Of a stretch of 64,000 nucleotides of DNA, positions 59,000 to 64,000 are shown piece by piece. The notes under the pieces are model-generated. The model had not been told where the DNA came from. It saw only the letters and a program-made list of their open reading frames with translations, and searched no databases. Source of the DNA: Schizochytrium sp. TIO01 (Eukaryota; Protista; Bigyra: Labyrinthulomycetes); the NCBI GenBank assembly GCA_004764695.1, contig SMSO01000005.1:1851582-1915581 (forward strand). Reading direction: 5' to 3'. Each line of letters opens with the position of its first letter. Within the stretch, counting starts at the first letter, position 1. A program made the translations under genes and the position numbers.

Positions 59000-61900
59000 G
59001 GACAATATTTCATTAACCACTAAAGATACTAATCATCAAGTGGTACCGTTGGAAAGCTGTTAAGATTTACAATAGGCGAGATGTGTTTTCTCAGGCGAAA
59101 TATGTTTAAAATTTATTTTTATTGACCTTTGAATGTTATTTCTTTTGTCTCTCATATTATTAATAGGGGGAGGGAACAAGTTTAGTAGTGTTGTAACTCT
59201 ATGCATATAATAGACAGAACTTTGCTACAAACACCGTCGGATAGCTGAATAATAGTTAAAGTGGGTGCATTTGATTTATGAGAGAAACTCTTCTTGCAAG
59301 CCTGAGAAAAGAAGCTCTAAGTTGCCACTCTATTTGTGAGCAGCAAAATGATTAGTATAAGGTTCATTTTCTCAACAACGGGGAAAGATATTACTCATCA
59401 GGTGGTGCTGTTGGAAAGCAGCTTTAATTGGCAACAGGGTTCATGTGTTTTCTCAGGCGAAATGTTTTTAAAATTTATTTTTACTGACCTTTGAAAGTTA
59501 TTTCTTAGTCGCCCATATCATTAATAGGGAGAAAGAACTGAGTTTAGTAGTGCTCTAACTCTATGAATAGAATAGAAAGAACTTTGCTATAGGCACCTCT
59601 TGATAGAACACGAATTGCTGAGATGCCCGAATTTGATTTATGAGAGAAAAGCTTCTTGCAAGCTTGAGAAAAGAAGCTCCAAGTTATTACTCTGTTTATT
59701 GGCAGGACAGAGAATTAATGGTTAGTATAAGATTCATTTTCTCAACAACGGGATAATATATTAATTATTGAAGTGTACCATTGGAAAGCTGGTTGAATTT
59801 ACAACAGATTGAATGTGTTTTCTCAGAAAAAATACTTTAAAGATGCATTTTACTGATCTTTAAAAGTTATTTTTTTGTCTCTCATGTTATTAATAGGGGG
59901 AAGGAACTGGGTTAGTAGTGTTGTATCTCTATAAATACAATCGACAGAGCTTTTCTACAAACATCATTCGATAGTTTATGAAGTGTTAAGATGATTGGAT
60001 TTAATTTATGAGAAAAAATGTTCTTGCAAGCTTGAGAAAAGAAGCTCTAAGTTGTCACTCTATTTGATAACAAAAGAAATAAATAAACGATTAGTATAAG
60101 ATGCATTTCCTCAACAACGGGGAAATATATAAATCATGGACTGGTACCATTGGCAAGCTGCTTGAAATTACAACAGGGTAGATGTGATTTCTCCGAAAAA
60201 ATACTTTAAACATATAGTTTTACTGACCTTTGAAAGTTTATTTTTGGCCTCTCATATTATTAATAGGGGGAAGGGACCGAATTTAGTAGTGTTCTAACTC
60301 TATGAGTAGAATAAACAGAATTTTTCTACAAACACAATTCGATAGCTCAAGAATTTTGGAGATGGCCGCGTTTGATTTATGAGAGAAAAGCTTCTTGCAA
60401 GCTTGAGAAAAGAAGCTCTAAGTTGTCACTCTATTTGATAACAAAAGAAAGAATTAAATGATTAGTATAAGATTCATTTTCTCAATAATGAAGCAATACA
60501 TTAATCATGGAGTGGTACCGCTGGAAAGCGGCTTGAAATTGCAACAGGGTAGATGTGATTTCTCAGAAAAAATACTTTAAACATATAGTTTTACTGACCT
60601 TTGAAAGTTTACTTTTTTGTCTCTCATATTATTAATAGGGGGAAGGAACCGAGTTTAGTAGTGTTTTAACTCTATGAGTAGAGTAAGCAGAACTTTTCTA
60701 GAAGCACCACTCAATAGCGCATGAATTGTTGAAATGGCAGCTTTTGATTTGTGAGAGAAAAGCTTCTTGCAAGTTTGAGAAAAGAAACTCTAAGTTGTCA
60801 CTCTATTTGATAACAAAAGAAAGAATTAAATGATTAGTATAAGATTCATTTTCTCAATAATGAAGCAATACATTAATCATGGAGTGGTACCGCTGGAAAG
60901 CTGTTTAAAGTTACAACAGGGTAGATGTGATTTCTCAGAAAAAATACTTTAAACATATAGTTTTACTGACCTTTGAAAGTTTATTTCTTGTCTCTCATAT
61001 TATTAATAGGGGGAAGGAACCGAGTTTAGTAGTGTTTTAACTCTATGAGTAGAGTAAGCAAAACTTTTCTAGAAGCACCACTCAATAGCGCATGAATTGT
61101 TGAAATGGCAGCTTTTGATTTGTGAGAGAAAAGCTTCTTGCAAGTTTGAGAAAAGAAACTCTAAGTTGTCACTCTATTTGATAACAAAAGAAAGAATTAA
61201 ATGATTAGTATAAGATTCATTTTCTCAATAATGAAGCAATACATTAATCATGGAGTGGTACCGCTGGAAAGCTGTTTAAAGTTACAACAGGGTAGATGTG
61301 ATTTCTCAGAAAAAATACTTTAAACATATAGTTTTACTGACCTTTGAAAGTTTATTTCTTGTCTCTCATATTATTAATAGGGGGAAGGAACCGAGTTTAG
61401 TAGTGTTTTAACTCTATGAGTAGAGTAAGCAAAACTTTTCTAGAAGAATCATTCGATAGCGCATGAATTGTTGAGATGGTAGCATTTGATTTATGAGAGA
61501 AAATCGTTTTTTAAGTTTGAGAAAAAAAGCTCTAAGTTGTTACTCTATTTGATAACAAAAGAAAGAATTAAATGATTAGTATAAGATTCATTTTCTCAAT
61601 AATGAAGCAATACATTAATCATGGAGTGGTACCGCTGGAAAGCTGTTTAAAGTTACAACAGGGTAGATGTGATTTCTCAGAAAAAATACTTTAAACATAT
61701 AGTTTTACTGACCTTTGAAAGTTTACTTTTTTGTCTCTCATATTATTAATAGGGGGAAGGAACCGAGTTTAGTAGTGTTTTAACTCTATGAGTAGAGTAA
61801 GCAAAACTTTTCTAGAAGAATCATTCGATAGCGCATGAATTGTTGAGATGGTAGCATTTGATTTATGAGAGAAAATCGTTTTTCAAGTTTGAGAAAAAAA

Positions 61901-63380
61901 GCTCTAAGTTGTTACTCTATTTGTTGGCAGGATAAAGAATAAAATGATTAGTATAAGATTCATTTTCTCAATAATGAAGCAATACATTAATCATGGAGGG
62001 GTACCGTTCCAAAGCTGATGCAATTTACCACAGGGTAGATGTGTTTGCTCAGGTGAAATATTCTTAAACATATAGTTTTACTGACCTTTGAAAGTTTATT
62101 TTTGGTCTCTCATATTATTAAAAGGGGAAGGAACTGAGTTTAGTAGTGTTCTAACTCTATGAGAAAAGTAAATAGAACTTTTATAGAAGAATCAATCGCT
62201 AGCAAATTCATTGCTGAGATGCCCGCATTTGATTTATGATTGAAAATATTTTTGCAAGCTTGCGAAACGAAGCTCCAAGTTGTTACTCTATTTATTAGCA
62301 GGATAAAGGGTAAATTGAATAGTAAAAGATTCAATATCTGAACAATGAGATCATATATTAATCATCGAGTGGTACCATTGGGAAGCTGCTTGAATTTACA
62401 ACAGGGTAGATGTGTTTTCTCAGAGAAAATACTTTTAATATATAGTTTTACTGACCTTTGAAAGTTTAATTTTGGTCTCTCATATTATTAATAGGGGGAA
62501 GTAACCAAGTTTAGTAGTGTTCTAACTTTATCAATAGAATAGACAGAGCTTTACTACAAGCACCATTCGATAGCTCATGAATTCTTAAGATGCATGTATT
62601 AAATTTATGAGAAAAAACATACTTGCAAGCTTGAGAAAAGAAGCTCCAAGTTGTCACTCTATTTGTGAGTAGGATAAAGAATAAATTGATTAGTATAATA
62701 TTCATTTTCTCAACAATGAGATAATATATTAATCATCGACCGGTACCATTGGAAAGCTTGAAACATTTACAACAGGGTAGAGGTGCTGGTCCAGAAAAAA
62801 AAAATTATGGTTTTGTTTTTATTAACTTTTGAAAGATATTTCTTAGTCTATCATATTATTAATAAGGAGAAAGAGCTCAGTTTAGTAGTGTTCTAACTTT
62901 ATCAATAGAATAGACAGAGCTTTTCTACAAGCACCATTCAATAGTTCATGAATTGTTAAGATACGTGTATTTGATTTATGAGAAAAAACATACTTGCAAG
63001 CTTGAGAAAAGAAGCTCCAAGTTGTCACTCTATTTGTGAGCAGGATAAAGAATAAATTGATTAGTATAATGTTCATTTTCTCAACAATGAGATAATATAT
63101 TAATCATCCAGTGGTACCATTGGAAAGCTTGAAACATTTACAACCGGGTAGATGTGTTCGTTAAAAAAAAATAAAATTATGGTTTTGTTTTTATTAACTT
63201 TTGAAAGTTATTTCTTAGTTTCTCATATTACTCATCACCAGAAAAGGGAAACTTTGTAGTGTCATCACTCTATCAATCAAATAGTTAGTACTTTTCTACA
63301 AGCACCACTAGAATGCTTCACAACTCATCGACGATCAACGTTGAATTATGGTGAGAGAATAGTTTTACAAATTAGACATA
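59000..63380. repeat. Subtelomeric long repeat family C, ~371-bp unit, 12 copies
   Basis: GGTACC-like marker at ~59041, 59403, 59773, 60142, 60513, 60885, 61256, 61627, 61998, 62370, 62741, 63112. Confidence 0.95.
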
Positions 63381-63538
63381 AATACTTCCATCATATTATA
63401 TGCTATTCTTATTGAAGTCTCCCATACCCACGAATGTCAGCAGGCGCATAAAAACTTTTTATTTTTTAAAAGAAAATATTTTTTAGTTTTTCATAAAAAT
63501 ATTTATTGTAAACCATTAAAAGATATGATGAATGATAG

Positions 63539-64000
63539 TAGGTTAGGTTAGGTAAGGTTAGGTAAGGTTAGGTAAGGTTAGGTAAGGTTAGGTAAGGTTA
63601 GGTAAGGTTAGGTAAGGTTAGGTAAGGTTAGGTAAGGTTAGGTAAGGTTAGGTAAGGTTAGGTAAGGTTAGGTAAGGTTAGGTTAGGTTAGGTTAGGTTA
63701 GGTTAGGTTAGGTTAGGTTAGGTTAGGTTAGGTTAGGTTAGGTTAGGTTAGGTTAGGTTAGGTTAGGTTAGGTTAGGTTAGGTTAGGTTAGGTTAGGTTA
63801 GGTTAGGTTAGGTTAGGTTAGGTTAGGTTAGGTTAGGTTAGGTTAGGTTAGGTTAGGTTAGGTTAGGTTAGGTTAGGTTAGGTTAGGTTAGGTTAGGTTA
63901 GGTTAGGTTAGGTTAGGTTAGGTTAGTTAGGTTAGGTTAGTTAGGTTAGGTTAGGTTAGGTTAGGTTAGGTTAGGTTAGTTAGGTTAGGTTAGGTTAGTT
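63539..64000 (+). repeat. Telomere: (GGTAAGGTTA)x13 at 63551-63680, then (TTAGG)n with a few TTAG variants at the distal end
   Basis: G-rich strand runs 5' to 3' toward the end of the window. Confidence 0.98.

Noticed and set aside
56667-63076. Repeated 64-75-aa ORFs in the subtelomeric arrays
   Set aside because: Equivalent positions in sister units contain stops; AT-rich non-coding repeats

Overview
Eukaryotic chromosome end, almost certainly a thraustochytrid (Labyrinthulomycetes; the 18S resembles Aurantiochytrium). From left to right: (1) ~1-29 kb: mostly intron-poor housekeeping genes (NBR1-like PB1/FW protein, bacterial-type FabI, sulfatase, CCDC124-like, spliced ADPRM, a large TMEM185-like membrane protein, a GT23-like fucosyltransferase) with microsatellites. 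(2) ~32-45 kb: a subtelomeric accessory island. It holds two divergent coiled-coil/restriction-endonuclease-like/Cys-cluster/kinase paralogues (Crinkler/Spok-like architecture), a Fic-domain gene with a non-canonical active site, a small acidic orphan, a 5S rRNA gene, and a six-exon LRR gene that the ORF track misses. In that gene each 28-aa LRR sits on its own 84-nt phase-2 exon inside tandemly duplicated intron-exon cassettes, with variation concentrated on the ligand-binding face. (3) 48.6-54.1 kb: one 18S-5.8S-28S unit transcribed toward the telomere. (4) 55-63.4 kb: three families of long tandem repeats (~412, ~525, ~371 bp; LORE-TEARS-type spacer). (5) A TTAGG telomere with a proximal (TAAGG-TTAGG)13 variant block. 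Several single-base indels, mostly in short homopolymers, break otherwise good genes and may be long-read assembly errors.
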